A stretch of 63,605 bases of DNA, counting the filler. It is 5 parts of 5 records of this genome, joined end to end, with 100 filler letters (N's around TTAATTAATTAA, not from the genome) between each part and the next. Parts side by side here need not be neighbours in the genome. Positions count along the whole stretch, not along the records: positions 10,292 to 22,048 come from DRR723986_9905; 4 more parts are not named here. One strand, given 5' to 3'. A program made the position numbers and the translations under genes. Below are positions 10,359 through 20,308 of the stretch, piece by piece (within the stretch, counting starts at the first letter, position 1; each line of letters begins with the position of its first letter). Below the pieces are notes generated by a model that ran no database searches, was not told the DNA's origin, and saw only the letters and a list, made by a program, of their open reading frames with translations.

Positions 10359-11900
10359 TCAGTTGTCAGCATGCCGTTCCAACAATTCAATCACGGCAGC
10401 GTGTTCGCCAGTTTTGGCGTCCTGCAGTGGCGTGCCGTCCCAGCGGTCACGCGGGTTCACATTCACACCTTTGTTTAACAGGAACTCGACAGCGGCATAC
10501 TGTCCTTGTGCGGCTGCCAGGTGCAGGGCTGTGCGTCCGTCGTAATCTCCTGTATTGAGATCAAAACCAAGCGCCTCAATCCGCTGAAGCTCTTCGATGT
10601 CACCGGCAGCGGCGGCCCAAAGCAACTGACTGACACTTTCCAGTTTATTAACATATTTATGCCGTCGCGGGTCTTTTTTACTCTTGTTATCGAATAGAAG
10701 ATCGTACTTGTGAAAGTTATACTGCTCACCCAGCTGCCGGCAAAATTCAAGTCCACGCACTGAATTGCCTAGCTCGTCGAGCCGTGGCGACCAGATACAG
10801 ATACCCATCACCTTCGGAATCACAACCATGATAGCGCCGGACACACTCGATTTGGCAGGCAAACCAATCTTAAACGCAAACTCACCTGAGAAATCATACA
10901 TGCCGCAAGTGTTCATCAGCGAAAGGCAGTTTTTGATGGTCGCGGCATCAAAGACCTTAACAGCCGAAAATGGATTAACACCGCCATTGGCCAGCGTCGC
11001 GGCTGCAATCGCCATGGAGGGTGCCGTCAGTTCCATCGCACAGCATTGAAAGTAGAATTCAAGTGTCTCGACCACATCCGTGTTCGGCGGAAAGGCCTTA
11101 TTTTCACGCATAAAGTACGCAAGTGCAAAATTGCGATCCGCCGTCTGCCGTTCTGAGAGATAAACTGAGTTGTTAAATGTGGGCCGCACGCCCCCAGTGA
11201 GTGCTGCCCAGGTAGACAGAACATGCTCAAAACGGTCGGCCTGCTGCAGCTGACGTTTAATGAGGGCGGCGCACATAATAGCCCCAGAATTTATCAGCGG
11301 GTTATGCGGCAAACCTTCATTGTTAAGTGCCATCTCGTTAAACGCCCGTCCGCTCGGTTCGCGGCCGATATGGCTGTGGACCTTGCTTTCACCCAGTTCT
11401 TCATGCGCAATGCAGTAGTTAACGGGTTTGCAGGTAGACTGCAGCCCAAAGTGTTTATCGCAGTCGCCATAGGCAAATCGCTGGCCATCGACGGTGCAGC
11501 CGGCTACGGCAAACTGCTCGGGGTTAACACGCGCCAACTCTGGAATATAGTTTGCAACCTTGCCATGTCCATTGCCGGCACTGGACTGATAAATCTCGTG
11601 TATTTCCTGGCGGAAAGTGGCGAAGTCGGGGATGACAACTGCATGCATCAACGCTTTTTTAACACATGCCGCCGTGGTAACGATAGATTGAAACTCGGAA
11701 AATTCAATCTGTTGCGCATAATGCTCGGAACGAGTGGCAAACTGGTCGAGTCGCTCCGCAAAGTGCTGCAGGCGTGGATCGTCGCGCGTGATTCCATGGC
11801 GTGCCAGCGCCGTCCAAATCTGGTCGGCAGTCAGGTATTCGCGGTTGTGAGTATCCAGCGCCGTGAATAATTTGCGCAATTCTTTATCTTCGGTCTGCAT
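10359..11900 (-). CDS. glsA: Glutaminase with N-terminal EF-hand-like region and C-terminal ankyrin repeats
   Basis: GKVANYIPEL, catalytic QSTCK (SxxK), PHNPLINSGAI, GMYDFSG, GLPAKS; ankyrin DYDGRTALHLAAAQG and DRWDGTPL. Confidence 0.93.
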   Translation of the reverse strand: MQTEDKELRKLFTALDTHNREYLTADQIWTALARHGITRDDPRLQHFAERLDQFATRSEHYAQQIEFSEFQSIVTTAACVKKALMHAVVIPDFATFRQEIHEIYQSSAGNGHGKVANYIPELARVNPEQFAVAGCTVDGQRFAYGDCDKHFGLQSTCKPVNYCIAHEELGESKVHSHIGREPSGRAFNEMALNNEGLPHNPLINSGAIMCAALIKRQLQQADRFEHVLSTWAALTGGVRPTFNNSVYLSERQTADRNFALAYFMRENKAFPPNTDVVETLEFYFQCCAMELTAPSMAIAAATLANGGVNPFSAVKVFDAATIKNCLSLMNTCGMYDFSGEFAFKIGLPAKSSVSGAIMVVIPKVMGICIWSPRLDELGNSVRGLEFCRQLGEQYNFHKYDLLFDNKSKKDPRRHKYVNKLESVSQLLWAAAAGDIEELQRIEALGFDLNTGDYDGRTALHLAAAQGQYAAVEFLLNKGVNVNPRDRWDGTPLQDAKTGEHAAVIELLERHADN

Positions 11901-12218
11901 CTCTATCCGCTTTGGGCCTGTTTGATTGATTGGTTCTGTCCAAACAACTTAAGAATTACCGGAGCCTTTCACAATTACTCGCAGGCAATTACTCTGAAAG
12001 TCCAGTTACTGCGGTGTAGGATAACACTATCAAATTTCTTGAGGCGCGGCGCTTACAACATCGACGTACGACCTCTGCCCCGGCACTCCGAGACAAGCAT
12101 AAAAATAAGAGTCAGCCCGCAAGCTCAGCTAAGGGCGCAGCGGTGTATGCTCAAGATAACATACGATAATTTACTTGCGGCACTCCATACGCAAAGAGAC
12201 TGCCTCCCCAAACTTAAC

Positions 12219-12821
12219 TCACTTTTGCATGCCGGCTGTGTTACGATCAAACAGGACCTGTTCAATATCCGAGAGTGCCAGCGACCTTGCGCGTAGCAGG
12301 ACTAAAAAATGATAGAGCAAGTCAGCCGCTTCAGCCATAAACAACTCATCTGCGCCGCTCTGCGTTTCCAGAGCCAGTTCAATTGCTTCCTCGGCGACTT
12401 TCTGTGCAATCCGCTTTTTACCGGACTTAAACAACTGACAAGTGTAGGATGCGGAATTGTCGTCCAAAACACGCTGTGCCACAATTGCCTCCAGTTTGTA
12501 TAAAAAGCCCAATGATTCATCCTCGCCAAAACAAGCAGTAGCCCCCGTGTGACAGACTGGGCCGCTTGGCCGTGCAATTACAAGCAGCGCATCCTGATCG
12601 CAGTCCGGTTTGATATCGACAAGACGCAAGGAGTTCCCGCTCGTCTCGCCTTTTACCCAAAGTGCTTGCCGCGAACGCGAATAAAATGTTACAAGTCCGG
12701 TCGCCATAGTACGCGCAAGCGATTCAGCATTCATATATGCAAACATCAGGACCTGTCTGGTATCTGCATCCTGCACAATAGCCGGAACCAAGCCATCATC
12801 TGATTGGAATTGTATTTTCAT
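12219..12821 (-). CDS. hisIE: Bifunctional PRA-CH/PRA-PH
   Basis: [42 protein letters not shown]. Confidence 0.95.
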   Translation of the reverse strand: MKIQFQSDDGLVPAIVQDADTRQVLMFAYMNAESLARTMATGLVTFYSRSRQALWVKGETSGNSLRLVDIKPDCDQDALLVIARPSGPVCHTGATACFGEDESLGFLYKLEAIVAQRVLDDNSASYTCQLFKSGKKRIAQKVAEEAIELALETQSGADELFMAEAADLLYHFLVLLRARSLALSDIEQVLFDRNTAGMQK

Positions 12822-13612
12822 CTGACTGCCAGCCCTGCCGTTTTAAGAACACTTTTAAGATCTGATATGTTAAGTTCACCATAATGAAAAATGCCGGCAG
12901 CCAATGCGCCTGTAGCAGCTGAATTCTGAAACAGTTCAATGAAGTCTTGTGCACTTCCGGCACCACCGGAGGCTATCAGCGGCACCGATACTTGTGCGGC
13001 CACAGCATTAGTTAACTCCAGCGCAAATCCAGTCCTGGCACCGTCATGCTGTATGGATGTAAGCAAAATCTCTCCGGCTCCCAGCTCCACAGCCTGGACA
13101 GCCCAATCAATAGCATCCAGTCCTGTGTCTTCGCGTCCACCCTGGACTGTGACAATCCAATTGCTTGAGTCCTGATCTTCAGAGTTAATATTTGGAGATT
13201 GAATTGAGGCGCGCAGCTTGGCGTCTATCGCTACAACTACACTTTGCGTGCCAAAATGATTCTGCAATTCGTGAATCAACTGAGGCCGCGCGACTGCTGC
13301 GGAGTTAACACTTAACTTATCGGCACCGGCCTGCAGCAGCGCAGCTGCACTTTCCACGGAACTGATTCCGCCACCCACGGTAAAGGGAATATCAATTGCG
13401 CCGGCAACACGACGGACAACATCCGTAAATGCGTGGCGGCCTTCATTACTTGCACTAATGTCCAACAGAACCAACTCATCAGCACCATCTTCGGTATATC
13501 TAGCGGCCAATTCTACGGGGTCTCCGGCATCGCGTATATTCACAAAATTCACACCTTTGACGGTCCGGCCATTCTGCACATCCAGGCAGGCGATGATACG
13601 TTTTTTTAACAT
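12818..13612 (-). CDS. hisF: Imidazole glycerol phosphate synthase cyclase subunit
   Basis: [33 protein letters not shown]. Confidence 0.96.
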   Translation of the reverse strand: MLKKRIIACLDVQNGRTVKGVNFVNIRDAGDPVELAARYTEDGADELVLLDISASNEGRHAFTDVVRRVAGAIDIPFTVGGGISSVESAAALLQAGADKLSVNSAAVARPQLIHELQNHFGTQSVVVAIDAKLRASIQSPNINSEDQDSSNWIVTVQGGREDTGLDAIDWAVQAVELGAGEILLTSIQHDGARTGFALELTNAVAAQVSVPLIASGGAGSAQDFIELFQNSAATGALAAGIFHYGELNISDLKSVLKTAGLAVR

Positions 13613-14322
13613 AGTTCGGCCAGCTCCTGTAATGTAACCTTCCCTTCAAACAGGGCCTTACCAATAATGACACCTGCGACTCCGGCAGCTTTTAGCGCAC
13701 GGATATCCTGCATAGATGTAACACCGCCACTTGCGGTTAACTCAACTTGCGGCGCTTGCCTGCGAATCTGCGCATACAGTTCAAACGCCGGCCCGGACAG
13801 CATTCCATCGCGCTCAATATCCGTGCAGCAGACACGGCGCAGTCCCTTTTCGACAAACTCAGCAATGTACGTGAACACATCACATTCACTTGTCGATTGC
13901 CATGCCTGTGCGGCAACGCGTCCTGTGCGCGTATCAGCCGCCAAAATGATGCGTTCGGGGCCAAAGAGCCGGATCCACTTAACAAACTCAGCCGGATTGG
14001 TGAGTGCCAGACTGCCAACGTTCAGGCTATCAGCACCGGCATCCAGCGCGGCCTGTAAATCCGCTTGCGTCTGAATTCCGCCGCCAAAATCGACTATCAG
14101 ATTTGTTGCACTACAAATATTCTGCAGGATGTGCAGATGATGCGGTCGGCCTGCACGGGCACCATCTAGATCCACCAGATGCAGGTATTTCAGTCCATGT
14201 GACTCAAACTCACAGGCCAATTCAACTGGGTCCGCCAGGTAGCGGGATGCGCGGGCAAAGTCACCCTGCACCAGACGCACACACTTGCCGCCGATTAGGT
14301 CAATTGCTGGAATAATATTCAT
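13606..14322 (-). CDS. hisA: ProFAR isomerase
   Basis: IIPAIDLIGGKCVRL, HLVDLDGA, CTDIERDGMLSGP. Confidence 0.96.
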   Translation of the reverse strand: MNIIPAIDLIGGKCVRLVQGDFARASRYLADPVELACEFESHGLKYLHLVDLDGARAGRPHHLHILQNICSATNLIVDFGGGIQTQADLQAALDAGADSLNVGSLALTNPAEFVKWIRLFGPERIILAADTRTGRVAAQAWQSTSECDVFTYIAEFVEKGLRRVCCTDIERDGMLSGPAFELYAQIRRQAPQVELTASGGVTSMQDIRALKAAGVAGVIIGKALFEGKVTLQELAELC

Positions 14323-14897
14323 AACTCAAGAAAGTTTTGCAGGACGCGGCGGCCAACATGCGCGGATTTCTCCGGATGAAACTGCACACCGTAAAAATTG
14401 TTTTTTTGCAGCGCGGCACTGAAGCGACCACCGTAGTCACACTCTGCACTTGTTGCGGCAATGCATGGAACGTGATAACTGTGCACGAAGTACAGGTTCG
14501 ATCCGGGCACCACTCCCTTAAACAATTCACCGCGCATCGATTCAAGGGCATTCCACCCCATGTGCGGCACACGCAGGTTTGCCGGAAAACGCGGCACGTC
14601 GCAGTTAAATATTTGCATTCCCGTACAGTTGTCTTCATGCAGCAGACAGCACATCAGCTGCATACCGAGGCAGATGCCCAGGAATGGCTGTGTTAAACTG
14701 GGCAAGATTTCCGTCAAAGCATTATCATTCAGATGCTGGAGGGCGCTGCCGGCGCGGCCGACTCCGGGAAAAATCACTTTATCGGCTCGACGTAGTTCAA
14801 TCGCCGAATCCGTCACTTGAGACTCCACACCCAGACGCTGTAATGCAGCCTGCAGCGAGCTTGTGTTGCCCGCATTGTATTTAACCAGCGCAATCAT
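14319..14897 (-). CDS. hisH: IGP synthase glutamine amidotransferase subunit
   Basis: PGVG, GICLGMQ, PHMGWN, YFVHSY, QFHPEKS. Confidence 0.96.
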   Translation of the reverse strand: MIALVKYNAGNTSSLQAALQRLGVESQVTDSAIELRRADKVIFPGVGRAGSALQHLNDNALTEILPSLTQPFLGICLGMQLMCCLLHEDNCTGMQIFNCDVPRFPANLRVPHMGWNALESMRGELFKGVVPGSNLYFVHSYHVPCIAATSAECDYGGRFSAALQKNNFYGVQFHPEKSAHVGRRVLQNFLEL

Positions 14898-16027
14898 AGA
14901 ACACCTTTGGAACTTACGGGGGCATTGAGTAGTGAGCGTTTAACAGCCGCTCCTAAGACTTTGCCAAAAGCCTTAAACACTGCTTCAATTTTGTGATGTT
15001 CGTTTTCCCCGGAACAACTGATGTGCAGATTGCAGCGTGCCGCATCACAGAATGATTTAAAAAAGTGCTTAAACATTTCAGTTGGCATTTTACCCAGCAT
15101 TTCGCGCTGAAACTGTAGATCCCACTCCAGCCATGGGCGTCCCCCCAGGTCCAAAGCCACTGTTGCAAGAGACTCATCCATTGGCAGCAGGAAGCTGTAT
15201 CGCTTTATATTCCTGCGACTGCCCAGTGCGCGGTCAAAAGCCATTCCAAGTCCCAGAGCAACATCTTCGATAGTGTGATGTTCATCCACCTGCAGATCAC
15301 CTTTGACTTTGAGTGAGATATCAAAGCCGCCGTGCACCGCCACCTGGGTTAACATGTGATCAAAGAATCCTATCCCGGTATCAATCGGGAACCTGCCACT
15401 TCCATCCAGGTTAACTTCAGCCTCGATTTCAGTCTCTGTGGTTTTACGCAGCACCCTGCCAACTCGCGCACTGCCTACCAAGGTCTGATAGACTTCATTC
15501 CAGGTACTAACCACAACATCTGCCTGCAATTCCGGCTCAGGCCGAGCCCCGGGAACAAGTTTGGACACAAGCACGGAATCCGGCTCCAGCAGATGAATCG
15601 CACGACAGCCCAAATTTTGCGCAAGCTGCAAATCACTCCACCGGTCACCTACAACCCAGGAAGTCGATAGGTCATAATCGCCATAAATGTATTTTCCCAG
15701 GAGCCCAGTGCCCGGCTTGCGCGTATTGGCACCCTCATGTTCAAAAGTTTTGTCAATCAAAATATCGGCAAATGCAACACCTTCGCCGGCCAGTACATTA
15801 ACAATATGCTCCTGCACCGGCCAGAATGACTCTTCGGGGAAGCTGGCGCTTCCCAAGCCATCCTGGTTCGTCAGCATGACTAACTCAAAGTCAAGTTCGC
15901 GGCAGATACGCGCCAGGTTTGTAATCGCTCCTGCAACAAACTTTAGCTTAGAAAAACAGTCGATTTGCTCATCCGCCGGCTCTCTGATAATTGTTCCGTC
16001 ACGATCCAGAATCAAGACTCGTCGCAT
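14894..16027 (-). CDS. hisB: Bifunctional histidinol-phosphatase / IGP dehydratase
   Basis: HAD motif DRDGT at the N-terminus; IGPD motifs FFDHML, DEHHTIED, NEHHKIE. Confidence 0.96.
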   Translation of the reverse strand: MRRVLILDRDGTIIREPADEQIDCFSKLKFVAGAITNLARICRELDFELVMLTNQDGLGSASFPEESFWPVQEHIVNVLAGEGVAFADILIDKTFEHEGANTRKPGTGLLGKYIYGDYDLSTSWVVGDRWSDLQLAQNLGCRAIHLLEPDSVLVSKLVPGARPEPELQADVVVSTWNEVYQTLVGSARVGRVLRKTTETEIEAEVNLDGSGRFPIDTGIGFFDHMLTQVAVHGGFDISLKVKGDLQVDEHHTIEDVALGLGMAFDRALGSRRNIKRYSFLLPMDESLATVALDLGGRPWLEWDLQFQREMLGKMPTEMFKHFFKSFCDAARCNLHISCSGENEHHKIEAVFKAFGKVLGAAVKRSLLNAPVSSKGVL

Positions 16028-17058
16028 TACGCCAGCTCCCGCAATACAGTTAACAGTTTTGTCATCTCCGGTTCTGTTCCCACACTGATTCGCAGGCTGC
16101 CCGGAACATGCTCGCGGCGGTCACGCACCACAATTTTTTGCTCCAGTAGATGTTGATACACACTGCCGGCGTCTTCAAATTCGATGAGCAGGAAATTGGC
16201 ATCTGAAGGATATACCTTGCGCACATTCTTCAAAGAGTTAAGCGCCTGCCTTAAAGACTCACGCGCCGTCACGATAGCAGCAATGCGTCGTTCGAGTTCT
16301 TCCTCACGCTTTAGCTGATCAATAGCATATTCCATTGCCGGCACACCAACATTGTATGGCGCGCGGATACGATTCAGAATGTTAATAATTGCGGATGAAG
16401 CCAAGGCATAACCGAGACGGATACCCGCAAGTCCGCGCGCCTTGCTGAAGGTGCGCAGCAGAATTAGATTGGGAAATTCACTGAGGCGTGGCAGCAGACT
16501 GGCATGCGGTGCAAAGTCAATATAGGCTTCATCCACAAGCAGCAAGACACGTTTATTTTCGGCGAGTTGTAGCAGGTCAACTTCACGAATCAGATTTCCC
16601 GTCGGATTATTGGGTGAGCAGGCAATTACAAGCTTAAACTCTTGAGTTTTTAGCGTCTGCAGAACGCGCGGCATATCCAGCTGGAACTCACGCGTCAGCG
16701 GCACAGTTGCCACCGAGACCTGGTTAAGATCAGCCCAGACGCGGTACATACCGTAGGTCGGCGGGAATGTCAGGATCGCATCCTTACCCGGGCAACAGAA
16801 CGCGCGCAAAACCATATCGATCAATTCATCGCTGCCATTGCCCAGAATTACCTGCCCGGCCGTGAGTTTAAGTTGTGCGGCCAGGGCAGCCCGCAGACTG
16901 GTTCCGGCCGAGTCAGGATAGCGGCTTAGGCAGCTGTCAGCTGCGAATTCGTTAGCATGTAGATAGGTCATTCGACTGCTATGTTCCTGCCCGCGCGCAC
17001 ATTCGTAGGACTTTAGTGTTTGCACATTTGGACGTGCCAGTTCTTCCGGATTAAACAT
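16027..17058 (-). CDS. hisC: Histidinol-phosphate aminotransferase
   Basis: GNGSDE, CSPNNPTG, DEAY, RTFSKA. ATG 17058 overlaps the hisD end. Confidence 0.94.
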   Translation of the reverse strand: MFNPEELARPNVQTLKSYECARGQEHSSRMTYLHANEFAADSCLSRYPDSAGTSLRAALAAQLKLTAGQVILGNGSDELIDMVLRAFCCPGKDAILTFPPTYGMYRVWADLNQVSVATVPLTREFQLDMPRVLQTLKTQEFKLVIACSPNNPTGNLIREVDLLQLAENKRVLLLVDEAYIDFAPHASLLPRLSEFPNLILLRTFSKARGLAGIRLGYALASSAIINILNRIRAPYNVGVPAMEYAIDQLKREEELERRIAAIVTARESLRQALNSLKNVRKVYPSDANFLLIEFEDAGSVYQHLLEQKIVVRDRREHVPGSLRISVGTEPEMTKLLTVLRELA

Positions 17059-18358
17059 ACTTGGCCTCCGGACCGGCGCACTCAGCCCGCAAATCAGACA
17101 GGCGTACATCAACCGCACGCGCATGCCCTTCCAGCTGTTCGGCGCGTGCCATAGTTGCCACAGCCGGGCTTATCGCCAACAGTCCCTGCCCACTTAATTG
17201 CTGAAACGTGATATTCTTGACAAAACTTTCCAACGAGACTCCCGCGCAGGCGCGCGCCGCACCATTGGTTGGCAAACTATGGTTTGTGCCGGACGCATAG
17301 TCTCCGGCACTTTCACAACTGTATGGACCGACAAATACACTCCCAGCGTTTTTAACATTGTACACCCAGCTTTCAGCATCGGCACAGTTCAAAATCAAGT
17401 GTTCCGGAGCGTAGAGGTTGCTAAACTCCATCGCAGTACTTAGTGATTCAAATGCGACGGCACGGCTGTTTAGGAGTGCCTGGCTCGCAATGTCTCGCCG
17501 CGGTAAGTCTTTCAGTTGACGCACGAGAGCTGAGTTAACTTCCTGCAGAACACTGCGACTGTCGCTCAGCAGCAGTACTTGTGAATCCGGTCCGTGTTCA
17601 GCCTGGCTGAGCAGGTCAGCGGCTACGAACTCAGGCTTGGCACCGGCATCAGCAATGATCAGAACTTCACTTGGGCCGGCGGGCATATCGATTGCCAGTC
17701 CTTCGAGCTGGACGAGTAGTTTTGCGAGCGTCACGTACTGATTTCCCGGCCCGAATATTTTATCAACCGCTGTTATCTCTCCTGCTCCATAGGCCATAGC
17801 GCCAATTGCCTGCGCGCCGCCGACTGTAAAGATTTGTTTAATTCCCAGGCGGCCGGCCGTGTACAGAATCGCCGGATCAACACTTCCGTCAGGTCGCGGC
17901 GGTGTGCACACTATAATTTCGCGGCAGCCCGCCAGGGTTGCCGGTACTGCTAACATCAGCAGCGTTGAAAATAGAGGCGCACTGCCACCGGGAATATATA
18001 GGCCAACCCGCTCTATAGCGGTCGTGCGCCGCCAGCACTTAACTCCGGGCATTGTCTCAATTACGGACTCGGAGCCCCGCTGCGCGGCGTGAAAGCGCTC
18101 GATGTTGCTTCGGGCAATTTCGATTGCCGTGCGCAATCCGGCATTTAGCTGAGCGCCGTCGGTTGAAGTCTTAAGACTGAAGTCTTTTAAGTCGACATTG
18201 TCATACTTGCGGCTGTAGTAGCGCAGAGCTTCTACGCCCCTTGACTTAACATTTTCAAGAATTTCACTTACGCGCGTACGCGCATTCTTAGACAGGGCCG
18301 GGCGCCGAATCAGTTCCGACCAGTCGGCCCGCAGCGGATTGGTGATTATTTGTAACAT
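17051..18358 (-). CDS. hisD: Histidinol dehydrogenase
   Basis: GLYIPGG, GPGNQYV, IDMPAGPSE, SQAEHG, GDYASGTNH. Confidence 0.97.
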   Translation of the reverse strand: MLQIITNPLRADWSELIRRPALSKNARTRVSEILENVKSRGVEALRYYSRKYDNVDLKDFSLKTSTDGAQLNAGLRTAIEIARSNIERFHAAQRGSESVIETMPGVKCWRRTTAIERVGLYIPGGSAPLFSTLLMLAVPATLAGCREIIVCTPPRPDGSVDPAILYTAGRLGIKQIFTVGGAQAIGAMAYGAGEITAVDKIFGPGNQYVTLAKLLVQLEGLAIDMPAGPSEVLIIADAGAKPEFVAADLLSQAEHGPDSQVLLLSDSRSVLQEVNSALVRQLKDLPRRDIASQALLNSRAVAFESLSTAMEFSNLYAPEHLILNCADAESWVYNVKNAGSVFVGPYSCESAGDYASGTNHSLPTNGAARACAGVSLESFVKNITFQQLSGQGLLAISPAVATMARAEQLEGHARAVDVRLSDLRAECAGPEAKYV

Positions 18359-19212
18359 TAGACCACCATCTTTTCAATTGGACTGACAAGAATCCCCTGC
18401 GCACCGGCCTGTTTTAGGCCTTCAATCAATGTCCAGAAGTCGTCTTCAGGTACAACACTGTGCAGGCTACTCCAGCCGCTGCGCGCAAGTGCTACGATCG
18501 TGGGACTGTATATTCCGGGCAACATGTCACAAATTTGTGCGAGCGCTGAATCTGGAGCGTTTAAGCGAATGTACTTGTTGCGCCGCGCCTGTGCCACAGC
18601 ATTGATGCGCAGTATTAGCATATCGAGCACAGTACGTTTGGCGGCGGAGAGCTGCGGAGCGTTAATTAACACAGCCTGGCTATAACAGACCGTTTCAACC
18701 TCGCACAGGCCATTGGTCAGCAGTGTACTTCCACTACTGACGATATCACAGATACCGTCGGCCAGGCCGATTCCCGGGGCAATTTCGACGCTGCCGCTGA
18801 TCTCTTCGATTTCGGCATTAACGCCCTGCTCACTCAGGAATTCACGTAGGATGTTGGGATAACTGGTGGCGATTTTGCGGCCTTCAAACCAGCTCAGACC
18901 AGTGTAGGACTCCTCGCGACGCACCGCCAGCGCCAGACGGCATTTACCAAAATCGAGTTCTGCCGCGGTTGTGACGGACTTAACACTTTCACAGAGGACA
19001 TCCCGCCCCACAATGCCACAGTCTACCACACCGTCACTGACATACTGCGGAATGTCGTCATCGCGCAGATACAGGAACTCCAGTGGGAAGTTAATTGCAT
19101 CGGACTTGAGCGCACCGTCACTGCTGCGTCGTATCCCGCAAGAATCAAATAGAGATTGGCTTGCCTGGCTAAGCCGCCCGGATTTTTGGAGTGCAATACG
19201 TAATCGTTGCAT
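18358..19212 (-). CDS. hisG: ATP phosphoribosyltransferase (long form)
   Basis: LRIALQKSGRL, LRDDDIP, IATSYP, GSVEIAP, PIEKMV. ATG 19212 or GTG 19233 are possible starts. Confidence 0.95.
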   Translation of the reverse strand: MQRLRIALQKSGRLSQASQSLFDSCGIRRSSDGALKSDAINFPLEFLYLRDDDIPQYVSDGVVDCGIVGRDVLCESVKSVTTAAELDFGKCRLALAVRREESYTGLSWFEGRKIATSYPNILREFLSEQGVNAEIEEISGSVEIAPGIGLADGICDIVSSGSTLLTNGLCEVETVCYSQAVLINAPQLSAAKRTVLDMLILRINAVAQARRNKYIRLNAPDSALAQICDMLPGIYSPTIVALARSGWSSLHSVVPEDDFWTLIEGLKQAGAQGILVSPIEKMVV

Positions 19213-19249
19213 GGCCTCGCTTGATGCGTCCACGCGAACCAGAGGGCAT

Positions 19250-19282
19250 AAAAAAACCCGCCTGATTCACTCAGACGGGTTT
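19250..19282 (-). terminator. his operon attenuator (terminator hairpin)
   Basis: Minus strand reads AAACCCGTCTGA-GTGAA-TCAGGCGGGTTT-TTTT, between the leader peptide and hisG. Confidence 0.88.
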
Positions 19283-19314
19283 AGAAATTGTGCGAAATTT
19301 TAGCTCAAATCACA

Positions 19315-19386
19315 TCATATCCACCACGCCTGTGAGAACAGGTATGCATGTACATGATGACGATGATATTTCGGCGCTGTAAACAT
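19315..19386 (-). CDS. hisL: His operon leader peptide MFTAPKYHRHHVHAYLFSQAWWI (23 aa)
   Basis: Manually translated. Four His codons in HRHHVH, directly upstream of the terminator and hisG; absent from the ORF track. Confidence 0.82.
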   Translation of the reverse strand: MFTAPKYHRHHVHAYLFSQAWWI

Positions 19387-19393
19387 TGGATGC

Positions 19394-19422
19394 AACTTAA
19401 CGGGACTTTTGGACCTGCGCAA
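19394..19422 (-). promoter_or_regulatory. Putative sigma70 promoter of the his leader
   Basis: TTGCGC-N17-TAAGTT preceded by an A-rich tract; the -10 ends 7 nt before the leader ATG. Confidence 0.6.
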
Positions 19423-19499
19423 GTATTTTTTGATTTCAGAGAATTTTTGTCGCTGTGGCTGCGGTCTCCGGATCTTGGCAATGACAGAAGCTCTTCAGA

Positions 19500-20093
19500 C
19501 TAGCAACTCCCACGATGACATGCTCCAGAATTGACATTGCGTTCATCCGCTTTCCTTTCAGTGTACTCCATGATACTTCCCTTGCCACCCTGTGTTATCT
19601 CACAGCAAGTAGTAAACATATCTCTGATCTTTTTACGGCCGCGCTGGATTTTAGAACGCACAGTAACGTAGTTCATTCCGAGCTGGGCGGCAATCTCCTT
19701 TTGCGGAATGTCTTCAATCTCAGACAGCAGCATGATTGTACGATAATCCTCGGGCAGTTGATTGATATAGGGAACAACACATTCACTTAGCTGCCGCACG
19801 GCATCAGCTTCAGTTGGATAGTCGGCATCCGTCTGCATATCTTGTAAGGAGTCGGCAACATCTTCAGAGTCAAGACTTTCAGCTTGTGTCTTGCGAGTGC
19901 GGTAGTAGTCTGTAATAGTATTCCTGGCTATGGTGTAGAGCCAACTTTTAACATTTCTGACTTCGGCGACATCGTACTTCGCCAGTTTGTAGAATACATC
20001 CTGCGTCAAATCTTCCGCGTCTTCCGTGCTGTTAACGCGATTCTTAACGTAGTAAAACAAGGGGTTATACAACTGGGTGATTTGTGTTTCCAT
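19500..20093 (-). CDS. sigZ: ECF sigma factor, SigZ-like, with Cys-containing C-terminal extension
   Basis: DAEDLTQDVF, SWLYTIARN..DYYR (region 2); LPEDYR..QKEIA..KIQRGR (region 4); tail TTCCE...GACHRGSC. Confidence 0.8.
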   Translation of the reverse strand: METQITQLYNPLFYYVKNRVNSTEDAEDLTQDVFYKLAKYDVAEVRNVKSWLYTIARNTITDYYRTRKTQAESLDSEDVADSLQDMQTDADYPTEADAVRQLSECVVPYINQLPEDYRTIMLLSEIEDIPQKEIAAQLGMNYVTVRSKIQRGRKKIRDMFTTCCEITQGGKGSIMEYTERKADERNVNSGACHRGSC

Positions 20094-20221
20094 AGTGACT
20101 CAGTACACCTGGTAATTTTCGCAGCTACACGAAGTGCAGGTTGACAAATGCGCTCGATCTTTCAGTGTTCGCAACATCTACCGCTGACAATTTACACTTT
20201 TCACCGAAACATCGTCAAATC

Positions 20222-20270
20222 AAAAAAAACGCGAACAAACAGCTTCCCAGACTGGGAAACTGTTTGTGTT
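20222..20270 (-). terminator. Intrinsic terminator downstream of the Cys-rich microprotein
   Basis: Minus strand reads ACAAACAGTTTCCCA-GTC-TGGGAAGCTGTTTGT, then TCGCG and T8. Confidence 0.7.
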
Positions 20271-20308
20271 TCAAACTTGCGTGAGACTATTACTCCTGCG
20301 GGGCAGGT

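Noticed and set aside
11922-12296. 124-aa plus-strand ORF between glsA and hisIE
   Set aside because: No recognisable motifs, and it overlaps hisIE antisense; likely intergenic.
13160-13215. Short polar insertion in HisF ([16 protein letters not shown])
   Set aside because: Falls in a variable surface loop; no intein or other signature.
20110-20218. Degenerate reverse-oriented echoes of the ECF motif upstream of sigZ (ATTTTCGCAGCTAC; TTTTCAC..CGTC)
   Set aside because: They lack TGCATC and the spacing differs, so they cannot be distinguished from chance.
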